From Pecten maximus (lineage: Eukaryota): 64,000 bases of DNA. The notes under the pieces are model-generated. The model did no database searches, was not told the origin of the DNA, and saw only the letters and a list, made by a program, of their open reading frames with translations. The position numbers and the translations under genes were made by a program. Where the stretch lies: positions 29,140,001 through 29,204,000 of the forward strand of contig NC_047022.1 of assembly GCF_902652985.1 (NCBI RefSeq). Reading direction: 5' to 3'. Position 1 is the first letter of the stretch, and every line of letters begins with the position of its first letter. This document shows positions 13,481 to 25,473 of this stretch, one piece after another.

Positions 13481-13791
13481 AATATAGGTATTAAGAAATA
13501 GAACATTAACATTTTTTTGAAGTTTGGTCATATCGAACCAGGTGAGCGTGACAGGCCCTATGGGCCTCTTGTTATTCAAATGTCAAACATTTCAAAATGC
13601 ACAAAAGTACATCATTGACTGAAACACATAATATTAAAATTTGAAGCACTTCAATACTTACAGGACATTATACAACTACATGTATTTTTTTTGTCAATAT
13701 TAAATCTAATGTATGTAAAATATGTCTGTGAATGTAACATCTGCAGAGCAACAATCAATATCATATGGTTCATACCAATCATGTCAATTTA

Positions 13792-13864
13792 AAATTTCAC
13801 AAGGTATAATATTATGGCTTTGTAAAATTTTTACAAAGCCATAATATTATACCTTGTGAAATTT
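13792..13864. repeat. Perfect palindrome with 36-bp arms and a 1-nt spacer
   Basis: AAATTTCACAAGGTATAATATTATGGCTTTGTAAAA-T-TTTTACAAAGCCATAATATTATACCTTGTGAAATTT. Confidence 0.95.
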
Positions 13865-13869
13865 ATCAT

Positions 13870-14400
13870 TTTATGTTCAAGGGTCAAGCAATGAATTGTT
13901 GGTACATAATTATTGGGCTGCAGTATTTCTTTAGCAGGTGAATACAAAGTACCGTGTAATTTGTTGCATGCATGTATCAAGATCCTTTTCAATGTTTTGT
14001 TTAATGAACAAAATAATACAGCGGGGCTGCCATAGTTAATAATTAGTCGATAGAGCATTAGACTGATGCAACTCTAAGATCTAAGGTACATGTATGTGGT
14101 TCCATCACTTGGGCACTTTGTGTTCATCAGGTGTTAGAGAGGACATATATCTTTTTCATTGAAGTAGCCACCAGAATGAACATGTTTGTTCATTGGACAA
14201 TAAACCTAACAAGACTATTAAAAGTTGAACTTGTGTAATGTGTAGTAATAAGCATTATTAATTGAAAGTATTCGGGTCAGCAGAACAGCATTGTTTACCC
14301 ATTGATTGGTGTTGAAATCAAGTGTAATTAAATGTTTACCAGAGTTCTTTATTGATATATTTGTAAGTAGATTCTTCATCCTTCCTATAATCATGCTAAT
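13870..14400 (-). mobile_element. Possible highly decayed I/Nimb-group LINE fragment
   Basis: LYRLIINYGSPAVLFCSLNKTLKRI...HGTLYSPAKEILQ resembles the post-RT LYxxLIRSxxDYGS...LKxL...GxxxSxPxxxLQ region. Weak match. Confidence 0.35.
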
Positions 14401-15037
14401 GCAATACATTTTTTGAATAAAAATGTTTAAACAGCTTGAAGTATCACAGAGAAATCAAATAGCTTGGAATTAAAATAATATCTTGATCAGGATCAATAGC
14501 TTAGGTGTTTACACACACAGTATCACAATGGTACCTACTGGCCACTAATAATTGGGTATAGTATTTATACAAGTAGGTTTCATAAGGTGTTCAGATCAAT
14601 ATTGTACTTATCGAGATCTGTTCTTAAGTGTTGACACTTACAAAGAACGTAGAAGATATCAACAAGTGAGGAAGTCTGATTTACGTTTCCATTCCACTCA
14701 TATGATACTCCCTTAGGGGAGCATATATATATATATATAGTTGCCACTTTGTCCATCCATTTCCGTCCATCCTTTTCATGTCTGAATAACTTTGCCTACA
14801 GTTAAGCAATGATCATGAAGCTTGGCTTGTACATCAGTTACTCTAAGGCTAATGTGCAGTGGTTTAGATTCGAAGACCACAACCCCTTATTTATAGGCTT
14901 ATTTGTTTTTTTTATGTTCAGAGCATAACTGTTTTTAGAATTGATGTTGATGAAACTTATAGCTTACATGTACATTAAGTATCACACTGAGTGAAATATG
15001 CCCTTGACCTTACATTCATAATTCAAACATACATAAT

Positions 15038-15108
15038 ATGTGCCCGTCCCGGGTTTCAAACGTAGCAACCTTTTGCTCTAAAGGCAAACATTCTACCACT
15101 AGGCTAAT
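15038..15108 (-). repeat. tRNA-derived (SINE-head-like) sequence
   Basis: Reverse complement TAGCCTAGTGGTAGAATGTTTGCCTTTAGAGCAAAAGGTTGCTACGTTTGAAACCCGGGACGGGCA has an A box (TAGCCTAGTGG) and a degenerate B box (GTTTGAAACC). Confidence 0.6.
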
Positions 15109-16173
15109 GGGAAATTCCTGCTAATCTGATTTAGTAATGTGACCTATACTCTATACTTTTACACTATTCCCTCCTTCAAAAAGTCTTCGCCCCCAAAGAC
15201 AACCACAACCCAGGTTCTTTAGCTCCAAGGAAGCCTCTCAATCTCCTGTAGCTTTCACTTGGAGCGGTCAACAGCACCAAATCTGTAATAGGAAGGAGTA
15301 ATGAAAAATACCCTGCCAGTGGCGGGCTTTGAACTAGAACAGATTGGAAAAGCCTCCAAGAAAGTTGTTTTCGGGAAACATTCATCATCAGTTCCACTGC
15401 TGGTCTTTAGTAGTAATGCACTAGCTTCAGCTGGTGCCTCATTTTACTTCAAATTCTTGAAAATTAAAAGAAAACTTTCGAAATTATATCAATATTGAGT
15501 CTTGTTTTTTTCTATCCATAAAATGGAAGTAAATATAGCGAGACACAATGTCACATGAGCATATATCATTGCACCAGACTGATTGAACAGAGTAAAAATT
15601 AATCCAGAAATCAAGTGTAAAGGAAGGTACTTTGAGATATATTAAGCTGAATATGCAAATATACCTAAAGTGAGATTAACACATTACAGGCTGGTGAAAC
15701 TGATGGAACTACAGAAACTAGATTATCTTCTGTGTCCATCTCTTAACTATAAACATAGGCATACATTATCTCACTGGCTAGTTCCTTTTGCAAAATAACT
15801 TTGGAGGATTATACAGGTCACAATGCACATATATTAATGTACAAGTTACACAACATAATACTAACACATTAAAATAAAACATTGGAAAACGGTAACACTA
15901 TCATCAGTACAACATGCTATATCAGGAGTGGAAGTGCAACTGATGACCACTGATCACAATCAGTATAATTAAGGCATGCATTTTTAGCTGACGTTTTCCA
16001 CTCATTTAGTATTTGACATACTATTATTTAATGCATATATTGAAACTGAATAGGCTGGAATGTTTTCTTAGTACATGTATTGAGTTTATAAAATTCTTCT
16101 TTTGTTTTTCAGTTATTGCATGGATCAAGAGTTGGAAAAGAACCAGAACACATAGTAGCTAAGAAATGGTAAG

Positions 16174-19100
16174 ATGGAAGCAGGTGATCTTGTCAAAGTT
16201 AAGGCAGAACCAATTAATTTAGATACTGATGAACCTGATTATTTACCAAATAAAGATGAAAACATTGGGATACCTACAGAAAAAGAAGCAATACAGCAAC
16301 AAACAGATGAGGAGGTGCTGCCAGTTCAGTCTTTAACTCCTCCTTACTATACACAGAGCCACATTGTAGGAGGAAAGTGGGAAAAGCCAAAAGAAAAGAA
16401 ACAGTACAACTGTAAAACATGCAAGTTTAAGTTTACCAGTAAAGCATGGCTTATCAAACATGAAAAGATGCACGAGAGAATGGAGAACAAAGCTAAACTT
16501 TATAAATGTGAGATTTGTAGGAAGGAATTTTCTCAGAAGATAATCCATCATGACCATATGGCAGCCCATGCAGGACGAAGACCCTATGTATGTGATAGAT
16601 GTGGCATGGACTTCACATGGTACAGGGCATTTTACAGACACCAACAAAGTCACAAGACAGGTGGCAAGGGATTCTCCTGCCATCTATGTCGCAGAACATT
16701 CAACAGTAATTGGAACCTTTCTAGACATCTCAAAGTAATACATTTGTCAAAACAAACTTTCAGATGTGATATTTGTGAAGAACTGTTCGAAAAGAAAAAC
16801 TTGTACCAAATTCATATGAAAGCTCATCATAGAGAAGAAAAAAAGAAAAGGAAAATCATTGGTATCGTGAATGAAACGGTGAAGCAAAAGCATTTAAAAT
16901 TTTCAAAAGCCGTTCGCGCTATGATGCAGTCACAGTCTCAGAATAATAGTAAGCAAGCAAATAACCAAGGAAGTCTCGTGTCATTCGGTGATGAGATTGC
17001 AGCCTCCGAACTGATTGAAGAGATCACAGATATCTCGAAAGTAGAAGACACAAATGACACAAAATGTAATTCCTATGACGAAGACAGTAGTGTGCAAGTT
17101 CTACAAAAGTTAAATGAAGCTCCCAAAATAGACGATAACTCTGTTAATAAAACTGATGCCGATTTGGAAGACATCCAAGATCAGGGTATCAAATATAGTA
17201 TTGGAAAAACTAGCAAAAGTACCGCGAAATCGTCAGTGATAAGTAATCTTAAGCTAAGTCAACAACCATACGCATGTGGTATATGTGGGAAACGTGTATT
17301 CAATTTGGATGCTCACATGAGAATTCATAGTGGGGACAAACCATTCAGATGTTGCCTGTGTGATAAAGATTTTGCACAGCGGGAAGCACTAAAAATTCAT
17401 TACAGAAGCCATACAGGTGAGAAACCATTCATCTGCAACACTTGCGGAAAAGGTTTTGCAACCCGTGGCCTTCAGCAGGATCACGTTCGATCTCACAGAG
17501 GCGACAAGCCCTATCAATGTGATGCCTGTGACGCTAGATTTTCTTGGAGGTGTGCTCTAAGCAGACACAAACAACTTCATTCTACCGGACCAAAACCCCA
17601 CGCATGTTCTATATGTACTTTTGAATGCTGGAGAAAACATGATCTCACAAAACACGAAAAGACGCATTTGAATGATCGCTATTATAAATGTGATTTCATT
17701 AACTGCACAGCTTTTTTCTCGAACAAGAAACACTTAGTTAAACACAAAAAGGAACATAAGTGTTCTAACATGGACAAGACATCTCTTAACGGCAGAATGA
17801 TCAGGATGAAAACGGCTAAAGGTGCTGATGACACTGACAAATTTGAATCGGATGTTTTTCTCACTACTGACATAGTTGATATAAAACAGGAACCAACTGA
17901 GGAGTTAGTGGATGATGATCTCCATAATATGTCAGTCCCAAGTACAGCTAGTATGTATATAACCTCAAACGAAGGCCAAATGGAGACACTGGTGACTCAC
18001 AGAACAGATCCTGATTCCGGCAAGCTTCGCTATACCAAAGGAAAACGATTGCATTTGGATCGTGATTTACAACTTTTGTTAAACAAGAAACTTAATGAGA
18101 AGAAAACTGTCAAATCTCGAAACACCAAAGATGGGTTGTCTGGCAAAAATTTAAAATCAAAACTTGAAGGTGGAATGCATAATGAACCTACCAGGCAATC
18201 GTCAAAAAATCTTGGATTCGAAGGCTTAAAAAGGAAAAGCCAAGTGAACATTTCAATGGATAACGTGGTTGAAAATGATGGTAATCCTATGAAAGGCTTT
18301 GATAAATTTATGTCGAGCAGCAACATGGTCTGTTGTGAAGTTTGTGGCAAATCTTTGAACATCTCCTACTACCACATCCACGTGCGGAAACACATGGAAG
18401 AGATGGCTCATACATGTGAGATATGTAACAAGTCATTTTCGCGGAAAACTGACCTAGTGGTACACTCTAGGGTCCATACTAATATCAGACCGTTTAAATG
18501 CACTATTTGTCCAAAAGCTTTCAAAGTGAAAAGCTTATTAGAGGATCATATCAGATCGCACGATGGTATAAAACCGTATGTCTGTAGTCTATGTGATGCC
18601 TCGTTTGCATGGAGATGTGCACTTCATCGTCACGTTAAGACACATTCCATAAATAAACCATTCCAGTGTGATGTTTGCGGGAAAGATTTCCGTCGTCGGA
18701 GGGATTGGGTTTGTCACATGGAAAAGAAAACCTGTAAATTTGTGAAGTCAATCATCTATAAATGTAACGACTGTCAAGCTGTTTTTGCAAATCTGGAAAC
18801 ATTAGTGTATCACAACGAGAAATATCACAAAGAAACATCACTGACGACAGCGGATAAACCTCCTGAATCCCAGACGATCTTAAACTCTTCATCTGATAAA
18901 TTGAAAGAATTTTCATCACCAGAACCATATAGTGATGATATCGTGGATGAAGATACCTTACAAGAAGAAAACGACACAATTGATGAATTAAATGAATCAA
19001 TCCAAGCAAGAGAAAATGTAGCAACCTTCCAACAAACAAATACCAGAAAAGATGTAAACCCACCCAGTGATTCCGTCTTGTTACCGAACAACAAATATGA

Positions 19101-20022
19101 TGAAACTTATTCTGAAGAGGCAAGTGGAAATAAAACGGATATAACGCTGAGTGAAAACTTAAACAGTTTCATAAAGAAAGAAAGTATCGATAGCGATTCA
19201 ATGTTTATCTCGAGTGTTGTGAATTCTGCCGACTTAATGGAAGATTCCCGCAGTCCTTCCAACACACACAATGATACTCAAACCATTAGTCAACAAGATC
19301 CAGATCACGTTGATAAAACAACGCTTCCCTCGTCAAACTTTAGCGAGTTTTCTTTTACCACTTGGACTGGTGAGGATTTGCAAATTAAGCAGTCCAATGT
19401 GAATGGAGCTTCTAATGCTGGTGCTGTTGAAGACAAACTCAAATGCAAAATATGCAGTAGAAGCTTCGTCTCTTCCATAGGTCTAAAGGTTCACTTGCGA
19501 ATCCATTCGAAAGACGCGATGGACATATACGCTCTCCACTTTCGTCCAGATGAGATGATGACAAAATCAAAGAGGGAAAAGGAAGCTAGGAACTTAAGAT
19601 TCAAGTGCAAACTTTGTGATAAGACTTTTCCGTTCGCTAGTGGTTTGAGGATCCATATGATGGCACATTCTGGCAAACTTCCCTACAACTGTAAAACATG
19701 TGGGAAGAGATTTCCTTATTTAGAATCTGTGAAATCCCACATGCGTGTACATACGGGTGAGCGACCTTTCACCTGTGATGTATGTGGAAAATCTTTTGCA
19801 TATCGGCACAACCATGACGATCATTATAGGACACATACTGGTGACAAACCTTACAAATGTGACCGTTGTGATTCCGCATTTACGTGGAAGAGTGCTTTAC
19901 ACAGGCACCACAAGACACATAGTTTGGAGAGCTTGGAAGTGTGTACCATATGCAAGGCCAAATTCAAGAACGGAGGACAACTTGTGCGACATATGAACAG
20001 GTTTCACAGCAGTCTTGTATGA
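16174..20022 (+). CDS. C2H2 zinc-finger protein, 1282 aa, about 23 fingers in four clusters, single coding exon
   Basis: Long intact ORF with CxxC...HxxxH fingers and HTGEKP-type linkers. Splice acceptor TTTTTCAG at 16112 starts the exon. In-frame stops upstream fix the ATG. Confidence 0.97.
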   Translation: MEAGDLVKVKAEPINLDTDEPDYLPNKDENIGIPTEKEAIQQQTDEEVLPVQSLTPPYYTQSHIVGGKWEKPKEKKQYNCKTCKFKFTSKAWLIKHEKMHERMENKAKLYKCEICRKEFSQKIIHHDHMAAHAGRRPYVCDRCGMDFTWYRAFYRHQQSHKTGGKGFSCHLCRRTFNSNWNLSRHLKVIHLSKQTFRCDICEELFEKKNLYQIHMKAHHREEKKKRKIIGIVNETVKQKHLKFSKAVRAMMQSQSQNNSKQANNQGSLVSFGDEIAASELIEEITDISKVEDTNDTKCNSYDEDSSVQVLQKLNEAPKIDDNSVNKTDADLEDIQDQGIKYSIGKTSKSTAKSSVISNLKLSQQPYACGICGKRVFNLDAHMRIHSGDKPFRCCLCDKDFAQREALKIHYRSHTGEKPFICNTCGKGFATRGLQQDHVRSHRGDKPYQCDACDARFSWRCALSRHKQLHSTGPKPHACSICTFECWRKHDLTKHEKTHLNDRYYKCDFINCTAFFSNKKHLVKHKKEHKCSNMDKTSLNGRMIRMKTAKGADDTDKFESDVFLTTDIVDIKQEPTEELVDDDLHNMSVPSTASMYITSNEGQMETLVTHRTDPDSGKLRYTKGKRLHLDRDLQLLLNKKLNEKKTVKSRNTKDGLSGKNLKSKLEGGMHNEPTRQSSKNLGFEGLKRKSQVNISMDNVVENDGNPMKGFDKFMSSSNMVCCEVCGKSLNISYYHIHVRKHMEEMAHTCEICNKSFSRKTDLVVHSRVHTNIRPFKCTICPKAFKVKSLLEDHIRSHDGIKPYVCSLCDASFAWRCALHRHVKTHSINKPFQCDVCGKDFRRRRDWVCHMEKKTCKFVKSIIYKCNDCQAVFANLETLVYHNEKYHKETSLTTADKPPESQTILNSSSDKLKEFSSPEPYSDDIVDEDTLQEENDTIDELNESIQARENVATFQQTNTRKDVNPPSDSVLLPNNKYDETYSEEASGNKTDITLSENLNSFIKKESIDSDSMFISSVVNSADLMEDSRSPSNTHNDTQTISQQDPDHVDKTTLPSSNFSEFSFTTWTGEDLQIKQSNVNGASNAGAVEDKLKCKICSRSFVSSIGLKVHLRIHSKDAMDIYALHFRPDEMMTKSKREKEARNLRFKCKLCDKTFPFASGLRIHMMAHSGKLPYNCKTCGKRFPYLESVKSHMRVHTGERPFTCDVCGKSFAYRHNHDDHYRTHTGDKPYKCDRCDSAFTWKSALHRHHKTHSLESLEVCTICKAKFKNGGQLVRHMNRFHSSLV

Positions 20023-23000
20023 AAAATATGCAGCTAAAGATTTAAATGTAGGTACTATATAAACATGTTTTGATATAAGTAAGGTGTAAAAGCTAATGCT
20101 TAATGTATTCACGGTTATTTGTAGAGAGGAAGGTGCGTACTTTTCAAGAATTAATGTCGTGGTTTAATACGATTTACTATACCTTGTCATATCAAGTTTA
20201 TTTATATCTTTTGTGTCTTTTGTACATTCCATTGTCAGTTACACTTCCTATCACGAGTCATACATGTTAAAAAAGTGTCGGATGTGAGATATCTAAAGCA
20301 GAATCGGATAAATGTCTCCAGTATTTTCGAAATACCGTTATTATTATACCAGCAAACCAAGATGAACTTCCAAAATGTTTCCTGAATCAGTATCTATATA
20401 ATAGGACATCGCCAGAACGAAGAAGTACACATTAATTGCAATTTGACTAGTGGTTTCCTGATGGGAGTTCAAACGTTTTCTAGTAGATGACATGAATCCA
20501 GCACATCATAATCTCATAAAAAAACTTTCAGTTACGTTACAAGTGTACTTAGTAGCACTTGATGGGCTATTTAAAAATCATTTGTGTATTGAACCCCCAA
20601 CATTGATATTGGTATTGACAAACGAGTTTAATCACTGCCAGCGTAATTGTGTTGAGGTTTCTTGCTCAAAGACTCGGCGTCCTTTGCATTTTAACCTTTT
20701 AAGACATTTCTCGGTACACGGTGCCGCATATCTGCAATAAATCTAGTTAATTCTCGTATTATGTACATTTATGTTTACATGTTTGCAATGTTTATCTACA
20801 ATCAGTCTAAAGTATTCCAACATATTATAACAAATGGAAGGTATTTTGTGTATAACACTTGCAACCATCTGTATAATGTAAATATCTGGTAAATCCAACA
20901 CTGCTGATTCGTACAATGTGGACTGATGATTGAATGCTTTACGACGTTTAATGTATTAATATATACATGTATATACATATATATATTGCTAAATTGAAAT
21001 GATATGTACGTGGTGTCAGAAATATTTTGTTGTACCTTGTTATTGTATTGAGAAACGGTATCTAATACTTTACTATCAATCACAACATCTCGGTCCATTC
21101 TGCCACGTTGTTGACTTAGATGTTGCGTTTGACTTTAATATTAATATGATTATGAGTGAGAATTGTGTGTCATACCTCGTGTAAACACATGATTTTTTTT
21201 ACAATAGGACAAATGTACTTTGTCTTTATTAAATTGTTAGTACGTTTTTTATAAGTGTAACCAAAGACAAAGATCTCACTATGATACCATTATATGAGTT
21301 TGTAGTAATCTTGTTAACACAACCAAGAAAAGCATGTTGAGACTTAATTTAAGTGCTAATTATTTATTTGCCTTAGGCATTTATTTTTTCTCATTTGATA
21401 CTTACAAACATTCCACGTGACATTCCAAAACTATATGCATTGGGGGTATTACGAAAAAAAACAAAAACAAAAAGAAAAACAAACACAAACACAATTGCAG
21501 CCTGATAACAACCTGTGTCACTTCGCTTTTGTAGCATAATTGTAGGTTGATACCTACCGACTGACTCCATATAATTGAAGGAAGTGTTTATGTGTTGAAT
21601 TGGCTATGTAAGATCACTTTCCACATATCTTTGAAAAACACATTAACTTTGTTTATACATGTTTCTGAATATGTGACTTAACATATAGTCCATGCTCATA
21701 TACGTAATCACTTCATTGCCACATTTGTTTTTTGAAAGGGTAATTATTTGAATCAAGAAATTTATACTAACTAAGTAGTGCTTTTCTTTTACCTGAGCAT
21801 ATACAGTTATACAAAACATGTTTATTAGTGTTGTTAGTACTGTTCGTTTATATTGTGTTTTGTTTTTTAAACGTATCATTGTGTCAAATTTCTTAACAAA
21901 TACTTTACTTTTTACCGTGTTAAGTTAAATGTTTACAATGTTGTTGCTTTTGTTTTAGTTACCTATTTGAACATTCCATTGTTATGTCTTTGACTGGTAT
22001 TTTTACTGAGGATTCCTGTCATTTTGACAACATAGTTAAGAATGCTTTGCAGAAAATGCAGAAAAATTCTTTGTCATTAGTGCTGAAATATCCATTTGAG
22101 TGATGCAGGCCCTCTAGTCTCTTGTTATATTTGCAATTATACGCTTTAAAAAAATAAAATTTAAAACGTCACTTATTTGGACTTGTTTTATTTAAATAAA
22201 TGCCTCTTTTAGAACATTCTATTTTTCACAGTCACATTGGTGACACCAGAAAAGTCAATATTACAACCTTGCCGTTTTCAATATGTTCTATATGCGCTTA
22301 TTATTCAGATGACTTATCTATTCTCGTCTATCTCACGTCGTTCGTGATTCATTTAACCGTCTGAATAAATTACAAAAAAGACATGAATAAAAAAAATGAT
22401 GTTAAACAGAGATAATTTCAACGATAGTTTGTTGAAATGTTGAGCAATTGGCGCTGATAAAAAGTGTTATGTTTTGGAGTCAGTCAGATATCCAAGACAG
22501 CATCGATAAGAAATTAAGAATTGTGTGGAAATATTTAGTTCTTTTGAAAGAAATCATATGACAATGTCCAGTATATGTTCTGTCCACTTGTTACTTTTCG
22601 GGCCGGTCAGGTTTTCATCATGCACCGTCTGTTCTAATACTGATCGGAATGTTTGGCAGGGGACAAACTTAATTCAGCAAAGGCTATACAGATAAAAATC
22701 TATTTCGCTAGGAGCAATAAACATTGAATCAATATATAAATATAAAGTTTAAGGATGTTATAAAATGAATAGTATGCCGTCCTACAATGGAAACAGTAAC
22801 TAATTCAACCTTCTATCTCAAAATCGACAAGACATCCGGTTATCTTTATTTTTTTAATTCTTTCAGAAGTCAAATAATCTTTTCTCAGAAATCTGAAGGA
22901 TAAAAAAAGCATGACAAATAGACGTGTGCTTTCAAACTAAGAAGAGTCGAATGGGATTTAAGGGCGTCAAAAATACTCTCAAATGTCTACTGGAAAAGTA

Positions 23001-25473
23001 CAGAACATATAGAGTGTGTCTGTCGTGTAAGCGTCTTTTATTACATTTTTCTTATTGAAATATAAAGTTTTATGGTTAAATACAAGTGATACTTTTACTC
23101 GTTTTTGACCAATCAAAGTGAAAATATAACCCTTGACGGAACTACCTTTTTTGGAAATGTCAAATTGACATTTATCTCCTTTTATTCAGTTTTTTGTTTA
23201 CTCAATATTGTAAATTATCTAGATCTGTCGTCTCCTATTTTCAACTTTCTGACAAATACTGGCATATATTCAATAAATGTCGCTGTCAAGAAACAAGAAT
23301 GCATACAGTCTAAATAACAATGGCATAATTAAAATATATTTGAATCGCGAGATCTCCCATATTCTATCATTAACAAATCATGATCAACCCCACGATCATC
23401 TTCCCTTGTCCAAGCTACATCATCTACAACTACAAGCAAAAGCCTGTCTCTATAGCATTAAGTTTTCTCAGCCAACCTCAGAAGTAGCAAGATTTGTAAT
23501 GGGGCAGTTACTTTCAACTTGTATGAACAACACACCAGTCTTCAGAGCTCACGTCAAGCGAGTATGTGTCTCGTTACGTATCAACTGATCATAACAAGTG
23601 CATATGCTATGTCCTAACAGTGACAATGATTGAATATAACCCACCGATCTTGATCTTTGCAATCAAGATTTGTTTTTTTAATTCAATAACTTCAATAGGT
23701 CGACCTACAAATAATATTCACAACAGAAATATGTCACTTGGCCATATTTTGACAGCTGTGTAACCGTTGATATTATTACGCGAGCTTTTCCAATAATTTT
23801 ACAGCGATAGAAAAAATAATCTAGTGATCCTAGAATATTTGCATTAAATTGCTAGATTATTACACATGTATCTATTTACTTAATGTTAACTTTCTTCGAA
23901 ACTTGTGTCCAATGGGTGGCACTTAATTATTTAGCGGAGTAATAATAACATGGCAAGCAAATAGACAGAGTGGTATAATTTAACTGACATCGGTAGAGGT
24001 GGAAAAAGTGTATTTTATAGAATTTTTCACTCGTGCTTTGTACTCACGAAAAATAGTTTTCATACAACTCGATGAAATATAAGTGTTGTTTATCAAGAAA
24101 CAAAGATATACCCTATTTACTCCATAGACAACACCCGCCATACAAATCTAGGTCAAAACGGGTTTAAGTCACATCCTCAAAATGTAAACCAGGCATATCA
24201 AACACCGAGCACGTCTGACTTCATATCGGACACGGAAATAAAATATTTCCCATTGAGAGCTCTCATATTGAACGGTCCCTAGCGTCCTTGAATTCGGATT
24301 ATTTTGGGTCATACACATAATAGAAATAAAGTTAAAATTAAAAATAGAGTCAACTTGTATTATGAAACGTCTAGCAACACTTAAGCTGAATGTTAACATG
24401 TTAAGTTCATAGTAATATTAACGCATTGTGTAAAAAATAGATCTAATAAGGATGCCAGTATGTTATATAAAGAAGGAAGTTTCTCGGAGTGAAAATAATT
24501 TTCTGCCAAGTATGTGACCTCGAGTTACAGAATTTTGTACAAAATCATGTATTTCAACATTTTCGTTATGTCTAAAGTGACTAAAATGACTGTAAATGAA
24601 ATTGTTGCCACTGACTGACAACAGTTTACCGTCAAAAGAAATGTTTTATACACACTTCAACGTAGTTAGTAATAAATACTTTTAAATCAAAAGGAAAATA
24701 ATTTACATTAATGATTTCAATCGTTATAACTGAATACCGGTAGTGCTGAGCAGGTAAACATAACAAACTACGGTAGCAAGACATTTCATTACGTCGTGCC
24801 ATCGTGGAGTGCCACTTAGAACTACAACTCCTTGATGTATTTCACAATATTCCATGTAATTGTTTCTAGTGATGACACGAATCATAAAGAGATACTTAAA
24901 TTTTTATTTTAGCCCTTCCCGAATGAACGGCTTGTCCTGAGTCCAAAGCCATTATGATTTATATTTTAATTATACCTCCTCTAATGAACGGTTTGCCACG
25001 AGTCCAATGTCAATATGATATAAAGAAATGCCAATATCGCAAAAATCGATTCTTTGTCTAAAACAATAACAGCAATATAAACATATTATATAAACATATT
25101 ATATAAACATATGTTCCCATTTATCAAATAAGTTTGGAAAATAATATATATACAATTTATTTGCTATTTAGTAAAGAATACTAATTGGTAGCTATATATC
25201 AATATGTCTATTTGCTCATTAAGATATTGGAAACGATAGAATATAATTACGGTCCGTTTTACTTTTGAAAGCTCCACTTTAACCTCGCTTCTATTGTAAT
25301 TAACATGTGACCGTGAACAACACTGAATTGATTTAAGTGACGGAACGACACGAGAGTAAAAATAAGAAAACTTTACATACAATGTAAGTTCAACAGAGTG
25401 AAAGCATATCCCGTGCTGGGAAAGGACAGCAGGATGAGTACAAGTCTGGTGAGTAATCGGCATTAGATATACT

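Larger units (their letters stand above)
8330..13573 (+). mobile_element. Helentron/HINE-like non-autonomous element with internal tandem repeats, interrupted by the 8689-12827 insertion
   Basis: 5' CGTCTGTCGTCCGGCGTCCGTC microsatellite. ~150-165-bp repeats (GAATGGATTTTGATGAAATT...GGGGCCCARTAGGGG) on both sides of the insertion. ~120-bp repeats at 13021-13480. 3' CAGGTGAGC plus hairpin AGGCCC-TAT-GGGCCT-CTTGTT. The 5' boundary is approximate. Confidence 0.75.

Noticed and set aside
15038-15108. Functional tRNA gene
   Set aside because: The B box and stems are degenerate, so it is better explained as a tRNA-derived repeat.
15176-15498. GC-richer stretch with overlapping ORFs as an exon or retrocopy
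   Set aside because: No recognisable motif in any frame I translated. A BLASTx search is needed to decide.
16333-20112. Antisense and alternate-frame ORFs within the zinc-finger CDS
   Set aside because: Shadow ORFs expected from the coding bias of the main gene.
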